Assembly (NCBI RefSeq): GCF_964355755.1
Contig: NC_092672.1
Coordinates: forward strand, 29,022,437 to 29,086,436
DNA: 64,000 nt
Direction of reading: 5' to 3'
Origin: Antedon mediterranea
Taxonomy: Eukaryota; Animalia; Echinodermata
Below are positions 51,637 through 64,000 of this stretch, piece by piece. Position numbers and translations under genes: made by a program. Positions within the stretch are counted from its first letter, which is position 1. Each line of letters begins with the position of its first letter. Under the pieces are notes generated by a model, which worked only from the letters and a program-made list of their open reading frames with translations, made no database searches and was not told the DNA's origin.

Positions 51637-54600
51637 ATCACGACGTGGTGGATCATCCAAACTGGCGCTTGTAAACGTTCTTGTGGGAAACAGGCTTAAG
51701 TAAAGTACTTTGATGGATCATAGAAGAATTAGCTTAGACTAATTCCTGTATTGGTAGAGATTAAAGAGTAGGAAATTTGGGAAGGCAATTCAACGCAATC
51801 GATGGAGATTCAGGTCGTTTTCCACCTTTATTCGTTAATTGCTATCGTATCAATTATAAAAGGTCAATTAATATTTGTAGGATTGTTGTAATTCTGTTTG
51901 TGTACGAAATGAAAATAATAATTCTACAGTATGACGTCATATTAATATTTTCAGACCAACCAGGTCACCCGATTCTGTTTACTGTATAAACGCCAAATAC
52001 CATTTTATAAGCAAATTAAGTAAACAGCGTCACATATATGTGGTGTATTATGGCAAGTTATGGTTTGGTCTATGATACAGATGTAATGTGATCACATGTG
52101 ATGTCACATTGTATTACCGGGAATCGGCTAACCATGTCATTCTAATAATAATTATGTCTATAAACATGGACATATGGTCCCGATCCATGCTATATATATA
52201 AGGAAACATAAATCAATCGTATAGTTTGATGGCAAATCATTAAAAATTTATTATAGAATTATAGAGAGAACACGTTTCCTCAGATCAATCATAACTTGAC
52301 GTTCCAGCCTTGGACTAGACAAATATTACTCCGTATATGCTTGTTAGGGAATAGTACGTTACTCATAGACTGGAATATAGCTAGGGATAATCATGATGTT
52401 GTATTCAATAATATAACACAATTATGTCAAAATGAAGATTAACATAATTATCATATTCTATTGACTTTATGATGATAGTTCTAATTGTTATCTTTAATAA
52501 TGAAATGTTTTTCCCGATTATGCAGCTTTCACTAGATAATAACTAACTGACTATTGACAGTCAGTTAGATAGTAGTCTAGGCGTAGTAAATACTTTACAA
52601 AAATATGTTTTAACGAATACGTATAACTTAGTGCATTTTGAGAACATACGTCTTGTAAAAATGTGTACATGGGAAAAAACAATCTAAAATTGTTTCACGC
52701 GAGAAAAGCTTCAAAGGTATTTTTCCATGAGTTTAATTGCCACGTCATTTTATTTTATTTTCAAAACTATTTGATTTTTTATATACAAAATAAATCATTC
52801 TTTATTATACGGGATAGAGTGATGAGTTAAATTTTCCGTTGTTGATCCCGTCCTCAACTCTTGTATCCAAACTAGGCTAATGTGTACCATCCACTTTTCA
52901 ACCTATCAACGTTAAGACATGTGGCTTAAATTTATACTATTTTATTTTTGTTTCTGTTATTCAAACTTTAATTGCTACCGACTTAATAATGACATATTGA
53001 AGTTCTATGTTTGCCATATGTGACATAGCAAATACGAATTGCCGATGATATAGGCCTATGGTACGCGGTAAACTGTATTGATCGACAAGTTATTTTTACA
53101 TTACGTTTACTTAAATTAGATTTATTGTCCCCTGAAAAAAAATTTATTGTCACATAATACTTATCCACTTTAAAAAAAAATTGAAAAAAAAAATTTATTT
53201 ACTGAAAAACCTGTAAAATAAAGCAAAAAATATGATGCTAGACAATGCGTTTTTGGTTGAATTTTAGCATTTATTTTGTCATTTTATATGAGAAAACGTT
53301 ATTTTTTATTTCTTTTAACGGAAGGGATTAATTTTATTAAAACAACAAAATAACCTATTCAATCAAAGTCTGATTTAATTATTCGTCATTTTTCATGTCT
53401 TTCTCCTAGCCCATGATAACAATGCTTTCTTTGTAGTACTATATGTTTTGTTGCCATCATTGTTATCTGGTAAATAGTAAACTGCACTAACATGTATTAT
53501 TATAAATTAATGTAGAGAGAAAAATTATTATCTAAATAAAGAGTATATTTCGTCTACAGAAACTCCCGAACTATAATAATATACATATAATAGGCCTACA
53601 TGCAATATGCAAAGTTAAAATACTTTATTGCGGTCCAGACTCTAAAATAATTTAATAATAATAAACGTGTGAGGAAATTGGTTATACCAACAGGCTGCTG
53701 AGTTCTGGAGATCTTTGGCTGCGACACCATCAGTTCGATTTACAATACAAGATGTGTTGTAAAAATGACGATAATTGTAAATATTTAAATATTGTATAAT
53801 TAAATTTAACGGAACACATCTGTTACCCATAATTATTATTACTACAACGTTTTCTTTGTAATGAGTGAAATAATTAAAGGGTTTTCAAAGCTATTGCAGT
53901 CACTGACACGTCACACGATTTTCCATTAGGAGGCGAATTTGTTTGCGCGAATCGAAAGCGTCAGCTTATACGCATGCGTAGAGAGGCATTTGGAAGACGA
54001 AACAAGAGTACGCACGCTTATAAAGCGTATCAGAGTATCATAATTTAGAAATAAGAATAGATAGTTGTGTTGTATGTCGTAAAATATAACAAATCGGAGA
54101 CTGGGTAGATCACTCATAGGACTTTGCGGTGTTGGTTCTTAAAAAAGTGTCATTCACAGGCAGTCAATGTGAACTGATATTCTTTATTCACAAGCTGTAT
54201 CCCGTCAAATACCACCGGTTGTGTATTTTTAAATAATCATGGGTGCCATTAATACCATTTTCAATAACATGATTAGGAAGGAATTGCTCTGCATACAAAT
54301 GGTGTCTTATTTAAACATATCAGATAATCCACATGTTTAGCCAAACTATGACGTAATTAGGCCTACATGTACAGTTACTCATCGAAAACAATTCTAAAAA
54401 CATTTGCAATCGGCCGATACATATTGCGTCTTTATTGGTCAAGAAATACACAAGTGCCGTCATTAACTGATTCACAGATTATGCATAGCATTTTTTTACC
54501 AACTAAACTTTATTTTAATTAATCTAATGAATTCTTGAGGATGATGTAATGAATTTCATAATATTGAAACCCAACACGATGGACACATCGAGCTTTTCTT

Positions 54601-54798
54601 TAGGTCACTAAATTATCATAACATTTGAAAAAATGACCTTCTTTTTCGGCATGTCACATTTTGATTGAAGATTGCCATAATTCATTAAATTCAGTCTAAT
54701 TAATAAATACATTTGATTGCATTGATTATTCTACATTGGCGGTAGTCAGCGGACATCAGACGGTTTGAGGTGTCATTGATACCGGATCAATAGACATT

Positions 54799-57700
54799 AT
54801 GAGGAGATTATATTCATGTCAGCCTATTTTATCAATAATTATGATTCCTATATTATTTCTCAACCTTATAATTGGAGATTTTGCTGAAAATGTAAGTGCA
54901 AAAAATGTGATTATTATCAAACTTTAGTAGTAGTGTTAGTTTTCGCCAGAACATCAGTTCGGCAATTTTAGTTTTCGCCAGAACATCATTTCGGCAATTT
55001 GAACTGTTCATGTCTCAAAATGAATTCAAATTGCGTGATTCCTTGTACTTGTATTGTATTATTTTTATTTGGCTTGTACTGTTATGAGACTTGCTGCCGT
55101 GTAAGTTTTGAAAGAATGTCACTCAGAATGTAGAATAGAGTATTCATCGTTCACACGCGCTGACGCAGATTTCTGGTGGGAGAGATAGCATACTTGTATC
55201 TCAATGACTTGCGATGGTCAATGAACATGTATCTAGTGACAACTGCGAAAGAATCGCGTGGTTCCTCTGCACATCATGATGTATGGATATTATGTGTGTA
55301 CGTGTACCACTTTATGAAAATGGTCTACTTGTTGTTATATGTTACACACTCAGCAATGATGACAGGCCCTATTCTTTAGTTTATAATGTATGTTGTGAAC
55401 ATGACTTTAGGCAAAACTCACTTTGTTATACTAAAACCATGTCACTGACAGCATACTCTGCTATTTAAACCAATTGTTTGTTCTCAGGTCTGCCTGATTT
55501 TAGAATTTTTTAAGAACAAATCTTGTAACAGCCTAGGCCTATATAAAATTGTTTTTTTGGGTTGAAAATATTTTTTTCTTTTATAGCTAGTTTATTACAT
55601 GTTATTCTTCCTGCATCCTAGATACAGTGATTATAAATAGATATATTACTACCATTTATTTTATATTGAAAATCCGTTCGTTTTTCAGGTTGATGTCAAC
55701 AATAATATTACACAAATAGAAGGAAACCAGTATGGAAACGATACTAAACTGGTAAACGGCACTGAACTAGTGAACGACACTAAACTAGTGAACGACACTG
55801 AACTAGTGAATGACACTGAACTAGTGAACGACACTAAACTAGTGAACGACACTAAACTGGTGAAAGACACTGAACTAGTGAACGAAACTGAACTAGTGAA
55901 TGACACTAATCTGGTGAACGACACTAAACTAGTGAACGACACTAAACTGGTGAAATACACTGAACTAGTGAACGACACTGAACTAGTGAATGACACTAAT
56001 CTGGTGAACGACACTAAACTGGTATACGAAACTAAACTGGTGAACGACATTGAACTAATGAACGACACTAAACTAGTGAACGAAACTGATCTAGTGAACG
56101 ACACTAAACTAGTGAACGACACTAAACTAGTGAACGACACTAAACTAGTGAACGACACTAAACTAGAGAACGACAGTAAACCAATGAACAACACTAAAAA
56201 GTCAAATGGAACGGCGAAAATACAGATTATAAAGGCAAACTATGTAAATAGACAAGCGCTTTCAGTTTTATGGAAGAACTCCTTAATTGGCGCTTACCAA
56301 GGGGATATGTTCCTGACGACAGACCAAAAATCACGTTTGGAGGAACTGATCCAAATTAGCGGGAAAAGAAACAAACGTAAAGCGGTAACGGATTTAGCAC
56401 TACTCTGGCCTGATGGTGTAATTCCGTACGAAATAAGCGAAGCACTAGGTAGGACTTAATTCTGTTATTATAATGCATTCTAAGCTTTTTAATATCCTTA
56501 AAAAATTTAAGAAATAGTTAGTAGTTTTGTAGCGCATGTTTGAAGAAGATGCATCCGGGAACACTGCATTCTACATTCCTAGGTCTGCATAGTTCCATTT
56601 TATATATAATTTTCTTCGACTGTAACTTGTTTGTTTCAAGTAATTATTGCGTAATTAAAGAAGTCAATTATAGCTTACATTGGGGACTGCCATTTTGATT
56701 GAATTAGCTTTATCCGGGCAAAACATTCGCCTATCGTTGATGTTTAGTGCGTTCACAGCAATGTTGTTAACATTCCTGTAGTAGTATATCACCCAGCGGT
56801 ATCAGTTGACACCTATATTTGGTAAAATTCCAAGTAAACCTGGCAAGGAAGATTTGCAAAGTGATGTTTTCATGAATTGTAATACGTAGCTATTCGGCAA
56901 ATGTTTACAAAAATGCTACAATTTTTTTAATTAATATTAATTGAATTTGTTGGCATATTGTCAGCCGATTTCGAACCAACCAGGCTAACACTCAATTTAC
57001 AACAATGATTATATTCGCAGCTAACTATGTTAACTAACTAATATTATTCCTCTTTATAATTTACATCCTATACACGCATCACTGCATTTCAACTCCGAAA
57101 TATTATCGTTAAAATTATAAATGACTGAAGTAATAGTTTGGTTCAAATTTAGGACACAAAGTAAAGCCGTACTTAAGTCGATGAGAGATGGATCTGAACT
57201 GTTGCATTGCTAAACTCGTTTGCGTCATGTAGGCATATATTTCTACATAAAAAGGACGTCTGGATGACATAGCATAAATAACCACAAACGACTAACCTTA
57301 ACGTTTGTTTAGTCGTACTTGTAGTCTAGAACGTTTTTAATTTTAGGCCTACGCGATATTTCTTTAATGAAAATTTCCTCCAGATAAACATTAACCAAAT
57401 TGCTAAACTCCACCGATCCTCGAACAGAAAAATAATCTAGTTACTGGTATTTGGAACCCTTTAAATCTAATTTACTATTTATCTATTGAAATGTTAGGAC
57501 CAACCAAGGTGCTTTAAACAGTCCTAGCTTTGTTTGAATCAAACCTGTTAGTGGCGGTAATTATCGCTGTTGGTTTTTTATTGAATAAAATAAAATATAA
57601 AGACCTTTTAAGGCCCACTAAATGTAGTTCCTTGAATCTCAATACGAGTACAAAGTTACGACATTAAGTTTGGTTTAGATTTTATTTACAAAAAAACGAT

Positions 57701-60700
57701 GGTTACAAGTGCATATAAGCTACACAGCAATGGACAATGGGTAACTTGCTACGTATTTATACCATTATGCATTACGTCATTCTATAAATATATCACGCAT
57801 AACGAAACGATGTGCAATAAATATTACACATACAAATTATAATCTTCTATATGTTGTTTTCAGAGGAGAATGAAAAGGCTATTGTATTTGAAGGAATGCA
57901 GACGATTGAGTCTTTGACCTGTATTCAATTTGTCAAACATAACGAGTCTATATCTGAAACACTTGGCCATGATAGTTACATATACATCTACAAAGGAGAA
58001 GGGTACGGGACTTAAATTATATAATATTAATATTGGTACTTTTGGGCCACCGTAGTTGTAATATGTGTGTTGCTATGTATGTGGCTACTTGCACAAAGAC
58101 AATACGTGTGCACACAAAAGCTAATGTTGATTACAACGAGTTGGTCAACTTTCAACATTGATTTGATTTCTTAAGAGAAGTTGAGTTTAAAACAATATAC
58201 AGTAGGCCTATATTCTGTTTTTTTTCTCTTATTTCCCCATTTTTTGTTTGTTTACTTTTTGGCAGTAGGCCTATAACTTTTGAATGTAAAGAACCTGAAT
58301 TACAGGTTGTAACAGCTTCAAATTACTGCCTTCAATTTTCTTTTTTTTATATTTATTATCTTTGTAGATGCTGGTCTCATGTTGGAAAGCTTAATGGCGG
58401 CAGACAATCGTTGTCATTAGATAATGGATGTTACACAGTAAGTAACCGGAGACCCCTAAAGCTTTGTCTACACAATCAAAATGCAATGTGCCCGTCATAT
58501 CACTAACATATTATTGGGGCACATCACACTTTCTGTCAAACTAGTTTGATAGTGTAAACATACATGGAATTAGTAGTAATATAATATAACACCTAGATTA
58601 TATGAAAAAAGTGAACAAAGTAAGGGTTTTAAAAATAAAGATTAACCATCTGAAACATTTATTTTTTAGCCAGGTGTTGTCCTTCACGAACTACTGCACT
58701 CCCTGGGTTTTCACCACGAAAATTCACGATCAGATCGTGACGACTACATCAAGATAAACTGGCTTAGCATTGAAGAAAGTTCAGCAAGTAACTTTGAAAA
58801 GACAAACACAATCACGGATTACCCATATGATTTCGATTCTGTTATGCATTATGGCAGGAACGTAAGCTATGCCTCATCTTAAATTTCTTTTTGTTTGCAT
58901 GAAAACGGTCAAATTGATGTTTATTTTAATTAGTATTATTTGCACGTAAACATTCACACTATTGTGAAGTATTAATTTAACCGCTATTATATATATTGAC
59001 TCAGTATACGGTCCACACAATTCTCTCAAGACTAATATAACACGTTAACATCATGATAGTGGAGTGAAAATGACTTCTTCTACACAGACTAACTACAATC
59101 CAATTTAAACGCAGGCATATTAATATACAACAAACAGGGGAAACTGTCAATTGACAGCCTAAAAATACTTACAAGGATGCAATTTCTCGCATATGTACCA
59201 GGTTTGACCTAACCGGTCTGTATGTCATTTTCCAGTTTACGACGCATTAACGTCCAGGCCAGCTGAATATGTGACACGTTCTAAACATTTAATTTCCCCC
59301 TGAGATAACCAATTTGAATGGGCAGGATATATTTTATATTCCGTCTTCACATCAAAGATACAGTCAATTCAATTCCATAAAAGTAGCTAACAAATCGAGC
59401 GAAATCGAGCGGAACTGACATTTCCTCTGGTTTCTTTATAGCTGAAAGGAAGTGGTCAAGTTCTCCATTTCGATCAATTTAACACTCTTAATTAAATTAA
59501 TTAAAAAGATAAACTGTTATGGTAAAGAAATGAGAAATATAACATTTGAATCATACAATTTAAGAAATTTGAAAAAAAAATCTTATAAAGATATAACCAA
59601 TAAAGAAAGAAATTACGGAGATTTTCTTTAAAACATTTACTGAGACAAACAATATTGAGACCAAAAGGATTTAAGCTGGCTAACGGTCAACCTGATGTTA
59701 CTGCATATGTATATATTATTAGTTTTTATTTTGCCATACAACAAACACTCTTACAATATTATACAATATTTTAAGAGAATATTTTACTGATATATAATAT
59801 ACTGTACCTTGCATACAATTTCTTTAGCTATAAAAGAATTTGAAATTATAAAAACTTGTTCACATTTTTCTATCAAATTTTATTAGAGTGCGGTATACAA
59901 GAATTTATTAAACGCTTTACTGATATCTATCTATCTATCTATATAAAATGTCTTTATAGAAGATTAATATGAAATTATGATTCCAAATTTTTTTTAAATC
60001 TATTTTTCTACTATTTTTCTGCTCCTCCACCGATTTTGAAAATTATAATGTTTACTTTTGTTGATCTGGTAACAATTTGTAGCTTTAAATGTGGAATATT
60101 ATTAAAATTAAATTATTTTCTTGTAGAGTTATAGTATTAACGACGACGAGCCATCGATGAAGACAATAGATCCTTTGTTACAATACGACATCGGGGGAGG
60201 AGACAACTTGACTTATACCGATATAATGACGTTGAATGATGTTTATGGTTGTAGTGGTAAGATTGCCAATTAAGAACAATCATTATTACATTGTAGAGTA
60301 ATTTACACACCTGTTGCAGTTATAGATTTCCATAATTAAGCTTGAAACAACCAAACTATTGTGGTGTAATAATCACGCGAGAGTTGACACGTGAGTAAAT
60401 TTAATCAATTTTGTAGGCCTATTCGAGAATTGTTCACGTTAGAATAAGCTCTAGTCTACTACTTAGCTGACTTACCAAATTCACTAAAAATGAACCAAAG
60501 TTGGACAATTATTGGTTGCTGTGTACCTGGAAAATTCACTTGTCAAACGCCTGCAGAACAACTGAACTTACTTTTTTCTTCCTGTAAACGTTTTCTAATT
60601 GTTCTGTAGAAAACAAAACATGGTATTTGTTTGGCATGTTGATATTTTCCATCTAAAGTCTACGCAGGTCGTCCATATATCAAATATATTTTTGGCTAAA

Positions 60701-63700
60701 CCAAAACGACCGAAAACGATAATCGGTGCCTACATTGCGTATGTGTTATATGCCTAACCATTTGAGGAAATACAGCACGAATGTTGTTCCAATCACATTA
60801 ACAACAACTTATGTATGATTAATCACATTTTCTCTCTGTAGACAAATGCCCGGAAATAGACTGTGGTGCTGGTTTCCTTGGCATTAATTGCCAGTGTTTT
60901 TGCTTTCAAGTTGACGAAAATGAATTCGACGAGAAATGTAATCGACATAAACCGGCAGAAACTTTAGCAGGTAGGCCTAAAATCTAGTGCCAATGATGGG
61001 CCTACTAACTGAGTGTAAATAGCACACTTTATACAGTACGTCATGTTTGATTTTACCTTGTAATCAAGTCACTTCTTTACACATTATAAGATGTCACAAT
61101 ACAACAATATGTACGTCACGCAAATAAATAAATAATAATATGCTTTGTTTATAATTTCCATATCTAATTTTTTTTTTTTAGTTGTTAAAATAGTTTCATA
61201 TTAAATTATTTTAACGTCCCCAACTGTAACACAGCGCACTGGGAAACGAGAACGTTGATTTTTTTTTCAGCTTATATCTATAAAGCGTTTTGCAACAAAA
61301 AAAGGAACAACAAATGCTTCCAGTTTATAATGATTTAAATACCACAATTTGTGTTTTAAATTTATTTATAGATTGCAGATACAGTTTAAATGCTGAATCA
61401 GGAATAATAACCTCACCAAACTTCCCTTCTAACTACGATGATAACATTAAGTGTTTATGGCATATACACGTAAGTAGGACAAAATGTGTATATGTATCAA
61501 TACACCTATCAGAAGATTCACTGAAACATTTCAGGTGAAATAAGCCAAGGGTATACTCTATTGTTTGTTCTGTTTATTTGGTGTTGCTACATTTTTGGGA
61601 GAAAAAATAACAACACTTTCTGAATTGATTAGCTTACAACATAAACATTAGCAAACAACCTAATTTTCCCGTGTGAAATTAGCACCCTCAATGGTTTATT
61701 GTGGCTCTAAATACCCAATTACGTCTGCTCGCCAATTCACTCTATTAATAAGTACCACTGTTTTCATGTCATGTGATACATTATAATGTTAATACAACTT
61801 AAATATATCTAAATCAATATTATCTTTAATTTCAGGTAGAAGAAGGAAAGAGTATAACTTTGACCTTTCACACTTTCTCAATTGAATCGGCATCTGAGTG
61901 CTCACGTGACGTTGTGGAAGTACGAGTTTCTGATCTCTACAAAGAATCCAAAAAGTATGTTGAAAGTCTAACCAAAGAATTTCATTTTGTCTGCTTAGTA
62001 GCCAAAATTGAACTTGCAAGATTGGCTTGGTTCGCACTGGAACATAATGTATCAAATACACTTCTTCCTTAAAGCCAATCGATCTTGGAAATTAACACCT
62101 CGATCACGATCGATCAATCCCATATATAATACAAAATCGTGGATTTTGATATTTTACTATCGATATGTAACGTTATTCTTCCATAATCTATTGTATCTAC
62201 ACCCTATAAAATTATTTTATCTATAAAATTCGTATTCGTAAAATCATTTTTCAGTAAGTTATGTGGTCATGGACTTCCGGGTCAAGTACACACAGAAAAC
62301 AATGAGCTTTTATTGTACTTTGAAACAGACAGTAAAATCAATTCTATTGGGTTCAATGCCTCATACGTCACCAATGATGATTACCATAGTAAGTTTTAAA
62401 ATGCCAATATTCTAAAAAAAATTACAACATACATAGCTTAAAAGAGTAGTAACTGCCTTTGAAAGCCCATTCTTTTCCCTGCAGATAGATAGAAATATAT
62501 TTACACTACAACAAACATTATCGTCCCATTTAAAGGACGGGTAAGGTGCTTTAGTTTATTGCTTCTTCCCATTTGACAGCGATGGAAAAAGAGGAAAGTT
62601 TCTTGGCCGCCTAGAAAACGGTCCACGGCTGCCTTGATCTTTACACACAGCAAAGTCCATGCTTTACAATTACGCCATCTTTCTTCTATCTGGTTACTGA
62701 ACACTTCAGCAAACCAATTTCGTTGGGAATATAGAATAATGCCGAGTAATACATTTAGGTACAGTATCCCAATCCCGAATAAATACAGCTTGAAAATACG
62801 AGCTTTTTTCTTTCTTAAAGATGACACCTCTCACGAATGTTGGCGGGACAGCTGTTACATAGACATCAAGGAGGAAGCAGTATGGAGCGATGCCCAAGAA
62901 ATGTGTCAACAAATCGATGGACATCTTCCAGAAATTGACAGTTCAGACAACAACGACTTCATTCGGTCCTACGCTTCAGATTGTAACGTTGGACAAAACT
63001 TCTGGATTGGATACATGTCTGCTGAATATGGTGACGATTGGCAGTGGGCTTCTGGCAACCAGACGATTAACTTCACTAGTACGTTTAAATCAATGTATCT
63101 CGCTATACATACAATCTCTAAATTGTATGTTATGTAAGCCAGTCTACATTAGCAGAAGTTTTGTTTGCAAAGTCTAAGTATGTACATGTTCGGAGAAGGT
63201 TATGTTACTTGAAGCTGTCCATCTGAGAATCAGACGAGTACAGTGTAAGTCATTTGATCACCAGGTGGACAGCCTCCAGTAAGCACAAGCATCTCCACAC
63301 AGTTGAAAATTCGGAGTATTTTTTTACAAGCCCATTACAGCTACATGTTAATATTTGTTCCATTCCACTTTGACAAAGTATAGGTATCCAAAGTGCACTC
63401 TATTTACAATTGTTAAGCTCCTAACTTAACTTTGGTAGCGTAAAATCACAATTTTATAGTACTCCTTTATTGATAATTAGGTTGGGAGACTGGATACCCG
63501 TATCCTCGTGGTAGTAGTGCGTTGTGTGCCGACGCGTCCGTTTACGGATATTGGAAAAGTGAAAAGTGTTCAACAACCTATTCGGCTGTCATCTGTCAAA
63601 TACATTCAGAAGGGAGTGGTACGGTACACTATTTTGTTTCTTTTGCTACTTCAATGACCACTACTTGCTAGCACTCTTCTGATATCACTTGATGTGTCTG

Positions 63701-64000
63701 CTGCTACTACCGACACTACAGCGCACTGAAAACACCAACCGCTGCAACACCAATACTACTATTGGTGGATTGCAGCTGCTAGTTTGAAAATATTGTATAT
63801 TATTAATATCTTTTCATATTTTAGCATTGTGGTTTGACTGGGAGCCTTGGTCATACTGCACAGTGAGCTGCAGTGGAGGTATACAGAAAAGACACCGCGA
63901 ATGCACTCAACCAGGGAACTGCCCAGGAAAACTTCTTGACCAGAGAGTGTGTGCCGAAGAACCATGTCCCAGCGCCTACGCCCAAGGAAAACCAGCACTG
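54799..64000 (+). CDS. Mosaic astacin metalloprotease B (paralog of A; signal peptide-repetitive pro-astacin-EGF-CUB-CTLD-TSP1-...), truncated by the window end
   Basis: Exons: 54799-54891 (signal peptide), 55689-56448 (repeats, YQGDMFL, furin site RNKR), 57864-58002, 58368-58437, 58670-58861 ([17 protein letters not shown]), 60127-60256, 60842-60970 (EGF), 61372-61469, 61836-61954, 62255-62388 (CUB), 62821-63078, 63481-63618 (CTLD), 63825-end ([17 protein letters not shown]1). Intron positions and phases match gene A. Confidence 0.9.
55737..56204 (+). repeat. Coding 18-bp minisatellite giving (N-D-T-K/E-L-V) x ~24 plus 2 degenerate units in the astacin B pro-domain
   Basis: AACGACACTAAACTAGTG units, in frame within exon 2. 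Confidence 0.95.

Noticed and set aside
55685-56194. 169-aa - strand ORF (SLVSFT)n that looks hydrophobic
   Set aside because: Reverse-strand reading of the 18-bp coding repeat in astacin B.

Overview
AT-rich, intron-containing animal genomic DNA. An echinoderm or other ambulacrarian source is inferred from BP10/SpAN-like astacin-EGF-CUB proteases with HYR domains, Deu/Nin-type SINEs and strong TAGGCCTA enrichment. From left to right the window holds: (1) the last four coding exons of an unidentified + strand gene; (2) a ~3.5 kb complex tandem array built from hairpins and interrupted by a 966-bp element with a 9-bp target-site duplication (TSD), whose second copy lies at 43.3-44.3 kb; (3) a complete 14-exon LSG1 GTPase gene (- strand) containing an AT-AC U12 intron and an antisense, intronless Ig-TM reading frame inside intron 11; (4) a small Ig-superfamily type I membrane protein gene (-); (5) a two-exon non-RD protein kinase gene (-) with a poly-Ser tract, a TAGGCCTA-saturated intron and a downstream array of degenerate micro-exon/intron units; (6) a head-to-head pair of paralogous mosaic astacin metalloproteases (astacin-EGF-CUB-CTLD-TSP1-F-lectin-like-HYR-CTLD-HYR-CTLD). 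One paralog is basic. The other is acidic, has a pro-domain with ~24 N-glycosylation-sequon repeats, and runs off the window end. Many MITEs and SINEs are scattered throughout. All gene models were assembled by hand from splice signals and phase matching; no database searches were run.
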